From NCBI RefSeq assembly GCF_001194135.2, contig NC_068993.1, positions 15,168,628 through 15,213,684 of the forward strand: 45,057 bases of DNA, read 5' to 3'. Below, piece after piece: positions 24,963 through 36,788 of this stretch. The first letter of the stretch is position 1, and each line of letters begins with the position of its first letter. The DNA comes from Octopus bimaculoides (taxonomy: Eukaryota). The notes under the pieces are model-generated. The model saw only the letters and a program-made list of their open reading frames with translations, was not told where the DNA came from and searched no databases. Made by a program: the position numbers and the translations under genes.

Positions 24963-25497
24963 TTTCCATTGTGAACTGTATGGATGGTTTTATTGAGTTC
25001 ACATGATCTAACAGCACTTGAACATCTTCCTGATGGGGCCAGAGTATAAAGGTGTCATCAACATATCGTAGCGATAGTGTTGGTTTTAGTGGTGTTGATC
25101 CTAAAGCCAAATTCTCAAAGTTTTCCATGTATATATTGGATGTTTTCGGTAATAATGGCGAACCCATAGCTAAACCCTCCTCTTGTCGATATATATCAGT
25201 GTCCATACTGAAGTAAGTAGTTTCTACACAGAAGGTCAACATTTCCATCAAGTTTCTTATTGGCATACTAGTGCGTTCTTTTATATGGGTGTCTGTCACT
25301 ACTTTTTCTTGAATCACTGATAGTGCTTCACCAGTTGAGACTTTGGTGAACAGGCTTATCACATCTAGACTAACCATCTGGTTGGATTCAATGGGGGTAT
25401 CCTTGATCAATTCTGTGAAGTGGGTGGAATTCTTCACGTACAATGTTGACTTTCCTGCTAATTGACTGATTATATCCACAAGGAAGTCGCTCAATAA
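24963..25497 (-). pseudogene. Penelope-like element reverse transcriptase fragment (inverted segment)
   Basis: Minus-strand ORF 24949-25773 from aa 93: LSDFLVDIISQLAGKSTLYVKNSTHF...MVSLDVISLFTKV...TYFSMDTDIYRQEEGLAMGSPLLP...NIYMENFE...LRYVDDTFILWPH...LLDHVNSIKPSIQFTME. These are PLE-type RT motifs (SLDVxSLFT, QxxGxAMGSP, RYVDD, FTME). Confidence 0.93.
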
Positions 25498-25504
25498 CGA
25501 ACTG

Positions 25505-26065
25505 TTATGAAACAACTTCACCAAAAGTATACTATCCACTCCAATTATGAAGAAGAGAGTGGATGAGACCAATAAACTGTCCACAGTCTGTCTACTATAT
25601 GTGAAAGGCCTCTCCGAAAAGATACGAAAGATATGCGATGCATATGACATCAGGACAATATTCAAGAGTAATACAACACTCCTACAATATTTCCTTCGAG
25701 TAAAACCAATAGAAGAGAATATGACCAAAGACTGCGTGTACTCCATCGCATGCAGCTGCGGTAGGTTATACAAAGGTTAAACATGCCGCCACCTCAAAAT
25801 AAGAGTAGACGAACATCGCAAAGCTGTGACACGAGGAGATATTTATAAATCGGGTACGGTTGATCATGTATGGAAAAATGGAGACCACCTCCCCCTGTGG
25901 GATGAAGTTAAAATAATAGACAGAGAACACTACTAGAAAATACGAAAACTAAAAGAAGCAGTACATATGCTAGTACACGACAACCTCCTAAGCAGACCGA
26001 GTGCATATATGAACAGCATATGGGAACCATTATTAAAGAAGGATATGAAAATATTAGATTTATAA
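25505..26065 (+). pseudogene. Penelope-like element linker plus GIY-YIG endonuclease (two in-frame stops)
   Basis: One frame read through stops: MKKRVDETNKLSTVCLLYVKGLSEKIRKIC...CVYSIACSCGRLYKG*TCRHLKIRVDEHRKAV...SGTVDHVWKNGDH...VKIIDREHY*KIRKLKEAVHML...LDL*. It shows the GIY/YIG pair with CxC, R..EH, the DH..H ligands and the catalytic E, as in PLE endonucleases. Confidence 0.9.
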
Positions 26066-26094
26066 GCCCTAAAATTCAGTCCATAAATGCACAC

Positions 26095-26168
26095 GGGCGT
26101 ATGGAGTCGTGGTTAAGAGCGCGTGCTACTAACCCAAAGATTCCGAGTTCGATTCCAAGCAGTGACCT
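26095..26168 (+). promoter_or_regulatory. tRNA-derived head / internal Pol III promoter
   Basis: GGGCGTA TGGAGTCGTGG (A-box-like, 26102-26112) ... GTTCGATTCC (B box, 26147-26156), with tRNA-like spacing. It starts 30 nt after the endonuclease stop codon. Confidence 0.7.
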
Positions 26169-26219
26169 AAACAATAATAATATAGAAAGAATGAGAGCCC
26201 AGGTTCAAAATCTCCCCAA

Positions 26220-26264
26220 GACGAATGAAGACGGCTGGAGGGTATATCATCCAAATGTTGTGTT
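26220..26264 (+). ncRNA. Degenerate hammerhead ribozyme motif, copy 2
   Basis: GACGA ATGAAGA C GGCTG GAGGGTATAT CATCC AAA TG TT GTGTT aligns with copy 1. The core is mutated but the TT-GTGTT cleavage-site/stem I side is kept. Confidence 0.6.
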
Positions 26265-26984
26265 AACAAAATGAGGACAAATATCCGTCAAATGTAAATA
26301 AGTCCTCATCTTTTAAATATAGAACTCTATTAAAGTCAATCGCAATCCCTCAGATATCTTTCTCGAATAATCTCTTTTGCATGTTCTTTCTAAGAAATAA
26401 CTGTACCGATGAAACTCCTTTAAGACAGAAGTTAGAAATGAATTTTATATACAATCAGATCATTTACTTTTCGTTCGAAGTCAATTAAATATTTTTGTCT
26501 ACATGATAGAGTCTAGCTCCTTAAATATGTGCGTTGATAGATTCGATTTTTGACTTCATGCTTGGAACCGTTTCCTAATCATTATGCTTTTAGGAAAGGT
26601 ATGAATCTCTTCCAGTCTAGCTCCGCCTTTCTATAAATTCCTGGCCTTGTTCCAAAGTAACAAATCAAATTATAATTTTGTCACTGTTTGTTTATATTAA
26701 AGCTACTAAAGTTGGCGCTGTTTGAAACATTATCTTGTATAGTGGTAATTTCATGTTATAACGCTGTCTGTGGCATGTTTATCGTTCTCAAATGATATTT
26801 CATTTTACGAATTCCGGCTCAGTTATTGGCATTCGATAGAGTTTGATGTAAAATCTGTTACTTTAAGTATTGCTATTAATACTGCTACTATTTGTATTAC
26901 CGTTACTGTCTGGCCGGTGGATTGTCAGCCGTATTATTGTGTTGAACGAAATACTTTGCAACAGTAAACAAGGTGAAGACCCTG

Positions 26985-27140
26985 AATTAACAGACTCGTT
27001 AGCACGCCGGGCAAAGAGGTTTAGAGGTATTTCGTCCGTCGTTACGTTTTGAGTTCAAATTCCGCCGAGGTCGACTTTGCCTTTCATCTTGCCGCGTTCG
27101 ATAAAATAAGTACCAGTTGAATAATGGGGTCGAGGTAATT
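26985..27140 (+). mobile_element. SINE family A (3' truncated)
   Basis: GAGTTCAAATTCCGCCGAGGTCGACTTTGCCTTTCATC...GATAAAATAAGTACCAG. Confidence 0.8.
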
Positions 27141-27169
27141 CATGTTCAGAGTTCAAATCCATGTTGCTG

Positions 27170-27325
27170 TTCCACCTCGATAAAATCGATCCTAGTACTT
27201 ATTTTAAAATCTGGTACTTATGCTTTTGGTCTCCTTTGCCGAACCGCTAATGGTGACGTAAACAAACCAACACCGGTTACGGAGCGATGTAGGGGATATA
27301 CACACGCAGATATACACACACATAG
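27170..27325 (-). mobile_element. Decayed SINE family D-like 3' part
   Basis: TTTGCCGAACCGCTAA..GTGACGTAAACAAACCAACACCGG matches the reverse complement of family D. Confidence 0.6.
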
Positions 27326-27946
27326 AACCCATAAGTTGAGCTCTGGGGAGTCGATTGAACCGACTCGCCCCCTTGCCAGATACTTCAGTGTGCCTGATTT
27401 GAAGAACATAATTTGAAGAAAATTGCTCTGCGGGACTTGTATCGAATCTTTACATTCTGATTACAAATATTATCGAGGCAATTTTGCCTTTCATAGTATC
27501 GGGGTCGATAAGATAAGGTACTAATGTTAAACCGATTTCCTCAGTTGATAGCAATTTCTCTCAGAAACGTGTTTTAATGTTACTGTTTTATTTTGAAGCT
27601 CTTGCACGTTGTCTTATCTGAATAACCAATAGTCACTCTAGTATCCACCCACGGACGAAGCTGTTTAAACATGTTGGTCAGTTTTAACCTGTGACTTCTT
27701 AGAAGACTGCTAAAAAAGTGTAGAATAAAGTAGTCGCAGTTTAGGAACGTTAGACATTCTAGAAATCGCTAATGGCTGCTTTGTCTCTGACAAATTAGCG
27801 AAAAATATTGCTCCTGGGTTCGAATCGGAGTAAAGTTGCTACCATATTTATACAGTTTTAAAATTTACATGAAACCAACGAAATGCCTTAAGAACAATTC
27901 CGTACAATTCCTGACTCTGTCGTATAGCTGGGAGTATATTGTGAGG

Positions 27947-28170
27947 GGAGGCGCGTGACAGAATGGTTAGGGTGTTGGACTCATGATTGTAAGACTGTGG
28001 TTTCGATCCTTGGACCGGGCGACGCGCTGTGTTCTCGAATAAAACACTTCCTTTCACGTTGGTCTTAGCACCTGGTAAAAATGAGTAATTCTACGACGGA
28101 CCGACATTCCGTCGAGGTGGGGAATATAATACAAAATGGAAATCAGGAAACCGGCTGTATGCGTCTTTAT
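27947..28170 (+). mobile_element. SINE family C-type
   Basis: GGAGGCGCGTGACAGAATGGTTAGGGTG...GGTTTCGATCCTTGGACCGGGCGACGCGCTGTGTTCTCGAATAAAACAC. Confidence 0.7.
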
Positions 28171-29425
28171 GTCTCGGGAAGGAACTTTACTTTTAGAAGT
28201 ATAGTGCGAATTGTACGGAAAAGTATGTACGGCATTAAAGCTACAGCGAAGAATGATGCTCTAACACAGTGAATAACTAATAACTAACCACGCATTCGAA
28301 TGCAAATTTCAAGTACATTCTTTTTTCTTCAATATATATATTTTTAATTTTTCGTTTTTATTTTTATATGAAAAATCTTTTATTCTCTTCATCACCTGGT
28401 ATAAAGATCAAAAGGAAAACTGTGCTCATTTTAATGTAAAATATGCAAACATAAATATTGAATGAAAATATTTCCTTATATGTTTCGTCCCTTATTAGGC
28501 AAGAGCAAAAGCAGCCTATTGATTTTTGGATTACTGTCAAAATGGATTTTGATAAAACTTCATTATAAATATTATGAAGTTGATAAATTCCTCTTGTATG
28601 GAGATTGGTCAACATTGATTTCTTACATTTGTTATGCGTTATATCCTTTATATCTTAATTTCTTTTATTTTCTTTCCAGCCCGTGTTTGAGTCACTAAGA
28701 TTTCCTTTGAAATTATGGATTTGTTTATGCCATTATCCAATCCCATTCTTCGACATTTCTAAAAGGAATTAAAGAATCTGCTTTCTAATGGCTTCCACTA
28801 AACATATACAGATGTTTACATCCATGTTTGTACAATTTTGACTATCAAATTTATCCGCCATCCTCGCATAAACAACAGCGAATAAATATTGAAAAATCGA
28901 AAGAAAAGAAGCGTAAATTCATTATTAATTCATCAGCAAAAGAAAAAGAAATGACGAAAGTAATATTTATATGATAAACCTTCTAAAGGGAAACACAAGG
29001 CAACATGCTATAATAAAACAGTAATCAATATAATGAATGAAATATGCAGTAAAAACCAAGACAAAGTATTCCAAGCACATTTGAATACAGAGATGTGAGA
29101 ATATATAGAAAGATATATATATAAATGAAGGTAGGATTAAATGAAGAAATATAATACAGGAGAAAGAAGAATTATAAAAAAATGGAATAAGAGTTAAAGT
29201 TAATTACAATGCGTGCGTAAAGGGCTTTATAGAAAATGCTATGAACGATAAAAACAAAGATAGAAATATATAGTAGCAAAAAGAAGGAACCAAACAAAAA
29301 ATGGAATGGAAAGAATATAAAAAGGACTAGACATAGAAAATGAGGTTTTTCGGGAGAAAATAATCATCTGGAAGGAATGGCTGTAGAATTCAGCTAATAT
29401 CTTAAGATGTGAAAGCAATATGACT

Positions 29426-30104
29426 TTTTAATTCAAGCACAAGGCCTGTAATTTTGTGGGAAGGGAGTTAAGTACTTGGATCAATTGCATCGACACCAGT
29501 ACTTCACTGGTACTTATTTCATCGATCCTGAAAGGATGAAAAGCAGAGTCGACCTCGGCAGAATCTTAAATCAGACGTAAAGAGCCGGAAGAAATGCCCT
29601 TAGGTATTTTATTCGACATGTTAACGATTCTATCAGCTCCCCGGTCTTTGAAGATAAAATATTACCGTAAAGGAAGAAATGGAATTAAAATATATATGAA
29701 GCATGCTAAGAAATATTGGTTTGAAATTTTGGCACAGATCGATTATATCGATCACATTGCTCAACTGGTACTTATTTTACTGACCTTGATAAAATGCAAA
29801 GTAGACCTCGGCGTAATTTGGTCTCAGAAAATAAAGACGGACGAAATTCTTCTAAGCATTTCGTGCTGACGGTTCTTCCACGCCGCCACCTCACCAGCAG
29901 GTTGACTAATATCGGCTTCAAATTTTGGCACAAGGCCAGTAATTTTGGTGGAAGAGCTAAAGTCGATAATATCCACCCCCAGTTCTCAACTGGTAACTAT
30001 TTTATCATCCACGGAAGGATGAAAGGCAAAGTCGACCGCGGTGAAATTTGAACTCAGGACGTAAAGACGGTCGGAATGTCGCTAAACGTTTTATCTGGCA
30101 CACA
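29426..30104 (-). mobile_element. Three head-to-tail SINE family A copies (about 29426-29643, 29718-29890, 29913-30104)
   Basis: Each copy has the tail GCACA(AGGCC), the core CTGGTA(C/A)(T/C)TATT and the B-box region. Confidence 0.8.
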
Positions 30105-30115
30105 GGTTAAGTAAT

Positions 30116-30484
30116 GGCTGGCACTCCGTCGCTTACGACGACGAGGGGTTCCAGTTGATCCGATCAACGGAACAGCCTGCTCGTGAAATTAACGTGCAAG
30201 TGGCTGAGCACTCCACAGACACGTGTACCCTTAACGTAGTTCTCGGGGAGATTCAGGGTGACACAGTGTGACAAGGCTGGCCCTTTGAATTACAGGCACA
30301 AAAGAAACAAGAAGAAAGAGTGAGAGAAAGTTGTGGTGAAAGCATACAGCAGGGTTCGCCACCATCCCCTGCCGGAGCCTCGTGGAGCTTTAGGTGCTTT
30401 CGCTCAATAAACACTCACAACGCCCGGTCTGGGAATCGAAACTGCGAGCCCGCTGCCCTAACCACTGGGCCATTGCGTCTTCAC
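30116..30484 (-). mobile_element. SINE family B, full length, inserted at the head of a family A copy
   Basis: The head on the minus strand reads GACGCAATGGCCCAGTGGTTAGGGCAGCGG...GTTTCGATTCCCAGACCGGGCG. The TSD GGTTAAGTAAT is at 30105-30115 and 30485-30495. Confidence 0.92.
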
Positions 30485-32099
30485 GGTTAAGTAATATTGA
30501 CACTATAAAATTCTATCAGATCCTTATTATCAAATAAATCCAGTGCATATTAACACTATAACCATCGATATGAGACATATTTATTGCTGTCAACACATTG
30601 ATCTGCTTTGTACTATCATTCAATATGGATAGATTTATTACTCTGTACATGTGTACGTCTAAAGTAGAATGACTAAATTATTTCAAATCAAGAAACATAT
30701 TTAACCAAACAGCATTTCAAAACACAATTAAAATTAGTTACGCGAATCTCACTCCTCTGGTTTTGAGGTATATTAAACATATATAGATTTCTGGAAAAGA
30801 CAATACTTTTCCAATTCCGAATTTTTTGGGGACATAGTACGCATTGACTGAGATTATGGATATTTAGCAATTAGGATTAAGAATGAAGTATCTAAACAAC
30901 GAAAAGCAGGCCAGAAACAACGTACACCGGATTACATTTTGAGTATTATTGTTTATGATATCATATAGTACGTAATGGAATTATATAGTATAGTCGTAAA
31001 CCAGGCAATTGAATAACATATTGCTACATTTTGCAAATATGTTTTAAGAATCAAAATTCTTGGACTGGTTTATCCGATGTAACACATATGCTCAAATATA
31101 ATTGATTGAGAATATACTATTAATAATAACAATAGCTTCCAAGCCTTTGAACTTCAGATCTTTCTCATTTAATAGTCTAATAACTGTGATATCCATTCGG
31201 AGGTGGTGGTGGTGGATGGCGTCGGGAAATGGTGGAGGGTTGGGAAGTTATTGTGTATGCAACAGTCTCTTGGCAGCGAAAGCCAGAACGTGAAGGACAA
31301 TTATACTCGACTCCGTCAATTCAAGTCAAACCCGACATCTGTTGAAGAAAATTATCTCTTCTATACCAGAAACACAATTGAAAATAGCAAAATTTTTGCA
31401 AAGAAAACCAACGGACAACATAACTTACATTGTTTGATATACACATTTATAAAACAATGGAGGACAAATCGAAAAAGTTATCAGTTTGGCCCATATGTGA
31501 GATGTATAAAGAGGCATTTTTCTCTATAACGTCTATTTTATTTTTTCCTTTTTTCTTTTTCAATATAACGAATTCTGGGCAAACAATATATCAATCGATA
31601 ATGATTATTCTTCTATGTTGTATTTCGCTCGCAGATAAGCAGTTTTAGGAAACCTTTTCTCACCACCCACTCTAAAGACCTTTGACCTTCTAATTGATTA
31701 CCATTCCTTAATAGATTAGTGTCAAAAACAACATTATATATCACCTTTGATAGCAACAGTTTATTCCTTAACAACCAACAACACATTTTACCGCTTTTCA
31801 CATGGCGTAGCCATATTCTTTTGCATTCATTTTCGTTTTTGTTTGCTATTGTTCGTTTTCCTTTCTCTCCATTCACTTTAGTCACCGTCATCACTATACT
31901 CCTCCTCCCGCACGTCTTCTTCCTCCTCCTCCTCTTCCTTTTCTTCCTCATCAGTATCATCACCATCACCATCATCATTATCGTCGTCGCCGTCGGGGCG
32001 GCGGTGGCGCCATCAACATCATCACTGTACCGTGATATTTATTTTTCTTTTCCATCGTAACTTGACTAATTTGATAACTTATACCTTTTCTTTCTGCAC

Positions 32100-32200
<101 letters not shown>

Positions 32201-32687
32201 CCCCTCTCTCGCTATTTTTCTCATCGTTTTTCTTTGTTTCATACATTCTCTATTTTACCAATTTCATAATTATTTATTTCACTTTATCACACGCACACAC
32301 TCAGAAACGCACCCAGACACACACACACAGACACACACACACAGACACACACACACATACATCTTCGCACATCTCCTCTTTCTATCTCATTGGCTCTCAC
32401 GTTACCATTCTAACTGACTTTCTATATTTTACCTAATTAATGATTCTAATCATTAACGCCAGGCCCATCACTAACTTTTCACAGTCTCAAAAAAAGTTTA
32501 TTCACAAATTACAATACAAAAATCCGTTACCCAAAATTAAGAATAGGAAAAGGAAACTAAAGAACAAAGAACAAAAAGAAAACAAAAGAAATCTGAGCAA
32601 AGGTAGATATATCTATCTATTTATCTATGAATCTATCTATCTATCTATCGATATATCTATTTATCTATCTATCTATCTCTATATTTA

Positions 32688-32733
<46 letters not shown>

Positions 32734-33083
32734 CATATATATATAAAAAAAAAAAATGCAACAAGAACATGACAGGAGACAAAAAAATATCCGGACAGTT
32801 AGACGATACAAAAAAGGACAGGAAAAAACAAAGACGGGTCATTCGGAGCTTTCTTTCCTCAGTCGAGTTCCAGATCGTCATTGCAGCTTCGGCCGGTTAC
32901 ACTCGAAACTGCTCCAATCAGGCCGGCCCCAAGAAAATCTAAGCTAAGAACACTAGATTCTTTGGAAGAAAGCAAGCGAATGTATATGAAAACATACATA
33001 CATACATACATGCATACATTAAATTTCTATATCTTTGTGCAGCTGAGGATTGCTCTGCATTTTACATTTGATGTAATGCTCAC

Positions 33084-33154
33084 ATTGCTTAATTAAATGG
33101 AGTCGCAGGAAACGATCGTACTGCATTAAGTTTGGATATCCTTGTTGCTGCAAT
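33084..33154 (-). CDS. Candidate 71-nt internal exon, (R)LQQQGYPNLMQYDRFLRLHLIKQ
   Basis: Acceptor TTTTTACTTTTCTATTCACAG|, donor AAT|GTGAGC, and only one open frame. Confidence 0.3.
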
Positions 33155-33573
33155 CTGTGAATAGAAAAGTAAAAATTTGCAAGGCTTTTCTCGAGTTCCA
33201 AATGTGAATTTATCCGTGTTAACTACATCCCAAAGATGAAAGCTTGTATATTTCTTGGAAACGATCTCCCTCCTTAGTGGAAGACTTATAATAATTAAAA
33301 AATAGAAGACATGCATACATACATACATACATACATAACTACTTACATTTCCTTTTACTTGTCTGTCATTGGACCGCGCCCTTCTGGGCAACGCTGTGAA
33401 GTTTTTTGTCAACAAACTAACACCTCCACTTACTTTTAATCTTTTTGGTTCGTATTTATTCTATCGATTTCTTTGGGTGGAAATGATAAAGTTAAGGGAA
33501 CGTAAACAAACCAGTATCATATCGACGTAACACAAAATTCAAAGACAAATACATGCACTCTCATAGAGACATA

Positions 33574-33616
<43 letters not shown>

Positions 33617-33617
<1 letters not shown>

Positions 33618-33730
33618 ACGTTGAATAAAATGTGTTGCTCGAGAACACAACAAACCGCCCGGTCTGGGATTCGAACTCATAACCACACGATTGTAAGCTC
33701 GACGCTCGAACCACTGAACCATGCGCCCTC
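33617..33730 (-). mobile_element. SINE family C head
   Basis: Minus strand reads GGGCGCATGGTTCAGTGGTTCGAGCG...GAGTTCGAATCCCAGACCGGGCGG, with A and B boxes. Confidence 0.75.
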
Positions 33731-33877
33731 ATCTTCCACACACAAACTCTCACACACAGAAGCATTTGCACGCATCCACACACACACACACACACACACA
33801 CATGAAAGCAACACTATAAAACAATTTAGTTCCAAACCTTGCTATTATATATGTGCGTGTGTATGTATATGTACATG

Positions 33878-33948
<71 letters not shown>

Positions 33949-34419
33949 GCGTGTATTTAAAAGCAATATTGTAGAATAATTTAGTTCCAAGCATTGTTAT
34001 TTATTTGAACGAAATACTATTAGAGCAGGAAAACGCCATATNNNNNNNNNNTAGACAAAACTACCGAACTAAGCAAGTAATAAGCCGTTGAATTTATTTG
34101 TTTGAAAGAAGGTGCTAAATGTATGCTTAGAAAATGTTAAAATTATTAGAACAGCGGAACCGTTTGTTTGTTAGGTTGAATGAATAGATTGATGACTTTT
34201 TTTTTTTTTTTTACTGACGAGTGATCACGTATTAGTGCATTACTATAACTAATTACTATAGCTTTGCAACGGCTTCGCTAGCATAGCCAATTAGGTAATA
34301 ATCTAGATATGGTTATTGATAATTTTAAAAAGAAAAAAAAATATCTAACGTAATGACGTATACATTCGCTAATGATATTGCTTGATTACAACAAAAGAAA
34401 CACCTGCTTGTAATACTAG

Positions 34420-34421
<2 letters not shown>

Positions 34422-34493
<72 letters not shown>

Positions 34494-34870
34494 TATGGTT
34501 GTTCTTGTTTTTGTAGCAGTAGTAACAATAATAATGGTTTTCAAATGTTGGCACAAGGCCAGTAATGACCGAGTGGTGGGGAGGTTAAGTCGATTACATC
34601 GACCCCAGTGCTCAGCTGGTACTTATTTTATCGACACCTCGAAAGAATGAAAGGCGAAGTCGACCTCGGTGGCATTTGAACTCAGAACGTAATGACGGAC
34701 GAAATGCCGCTAAGCAATTTGCCAACCAAGGACGCTAACCTTCCTACCAGATCGCTGCCTTAACAACAACAACAACATCATCATCATCATCATCATCATC
34801 ATCAACAACAAGAACAACAACAACAACAACAACAACAGCTTCAACAACAACAGCAGCTACAACAACAACA
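34422..34870 (+). repeat. (AGT)n and (AAC)/(CAT)n arrays flanking a SINE
   Basis: Seen directly at 34422-34491 and 34762-34870. Confidence 0.93.
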
Positions 34871-35305
34871 ATTATAATAACCGTAATGGTTTTAAATCTT
34901 GTCCCATGGCTGCCAATTTTGGACGGAGGTGTTTCGTTGGTTCCATGGTCAACAATGTTTAACTGAAATTCGGAACTTTATTTTGTGCATTTCGAAGAAA
35001 GTGAATGATAAATGTAACCGATGTGACATTTGAACTCAGAGTATAAAAGTCGGAGATATTAAAGCAAAGCATTTTTTTCGACGCTCCAGTGATTCTACCA
35101 GTTCTAAATATAGTTACTTCAAATTTCGGCCCCGGGCAGCTCATTTGAGACGATGGGGCAAGTCGATTACAACGACAACAACACGCTTGACTTGTATGTT
35201 ATTCTATCATAGACGGAAGGAATTTGAAATCAGAATATAATGACTGGAAAAAAAAAACACATTTCGTTAAGCATTTTATTCGGCGCGCTAAAGATAGCCA
35301 GCTCC
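34534..35305 (-). mobile_element. Three head-to-tail SINE family A copies (34534-34759, 34886-35105, 35117-35305)
   Basis: The first copy is near consensus. The other two are decayed but keep (T/C)TT(T/C)AAA tails and ATTTGAA(C/A)TCAGA B-box regions. Confidence 0.7.
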
Positions 35306-36447
35306 AATGCAAAATTTCTGTCTAAGATACTTAAAAACCATATTTCCACATGATTCGAACCGTTAGTTGTGATTATTCATAAAAGGGAATTGTGTCAAAT
35401 TGACACAATGGTTATTCTGTTTACAAGAACAATCTTTGAGATAAGAATTGTTGTGCAATTCAGTCTGTTGTGTTTATTACGAATACAAAATATGTTTTGT
35501 TTTGGTAAGAAATAGATAAATTGATTTAAACATAAATAATTTTGTGTTACACTCACACATACTACCAGACAAAAACAATCAAACAGAAACAGACATGAAC
35601 ATATACATTTTGGCTGTATTTAGGCTGGTAAAGAAATCTCACGTATATAGAATTGAATGCATGTAAACCCGTCCATATAGACAAACGTAAGGATATTTAT
35701 TAGAATAATGTTATTAGAATGATAGTCTTATCATTGAGGTTACGTAAGTGATTTACGTAAATCGAGTTTCAGATTTAGCGGTCAATTTCGACAGTGCAAA
35801 CTTCTAATTATACATAAATAAATATATACACACTTAACACAAACACGCAAACAAATATACACCTATAGACCTAAATATACGTACATGTACATACTATATG
35901 TACATTTATATAAGCAAGTATATGTGTGCGCTTGTGTGTCTGCGTGCTTGATATATATATATATACGTATGTATATACGTACATTTATACGCACATATAT
36001 ATATATATATATATACTTGTATTTATATATGTGTGTTGTATATATGTGTGTATTATTTAAGTATGTGTGTGTGTGTGTGTGTGTATTATACATACACGAA
36101 TAGAACAAAACATATTCGTACACAGGATCATACATATGCATATATATACATATGCATATATATATGCATATACATTTGCATACTTAAATACATTCATGAA
36201 ACTACATATCGAGCTGTGATGAATATGTAAGTACAAACACGCGCGCGCGCGCATTCATATATACATACATACTGGCAGACAAAAAAGCTTACTCATAAAT
36301 ATATACACCTTTGTACGTATATGTGTGCTTGTGCGATACACACACACAGACACACACACACACACACTTATAAATATATATCTATACATATATTCATATA
36401 TTCCACTCCATTGAAAATTGCTGATCATGGGACTAGTTAAGGTATTA

Positions 36448-36506
<59 letters not shown>

Positions 36507-36788
36507 CATACAACAGATTGAACTGTTAAAAAAGAACAAATCCTAACATCGGGCCACAGCAAGTAACCAGAGGTGCCAAGAACCCTCCTAACTATCCAAG
36601 CTGTCCCTAATAACACTGTTTTCTGTAGCTGTACTAAACTGGTTTTTATGCCTATTTCCTCTATGCATCTGTTCAGATGCGTAGGGATAGTTTCCCATGC
36701 ACCTATGTCTACTGGGATAAATTTTTACCCGCACTTTCCATAGTCTCTTTAATTTAATAGCTAGATCCGGGTATTCTGCTATATAGGC

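Larger units (their letters stand above)
24877..26325. mobile_element. Rearranged Penelope-like retroelement: inverted terminal-repeat fragment, inverted RT, forward EN, tRNA-like head, terminal repeat
   Basis: Composite of the RT (-), GIY-YIG (+) and homologous terminal-repeat pieces at 24877-24962 (-) and about 26190-26325 (+). Confidence 0.85.

Noticed and set aside
26095-26168. Functional tRNA gene
   Set aside because: The anticodon stem is mismatched and the acceptor pairing is poor, so it is treated as a tRNA-derived head. The same applies to 33617-33730.
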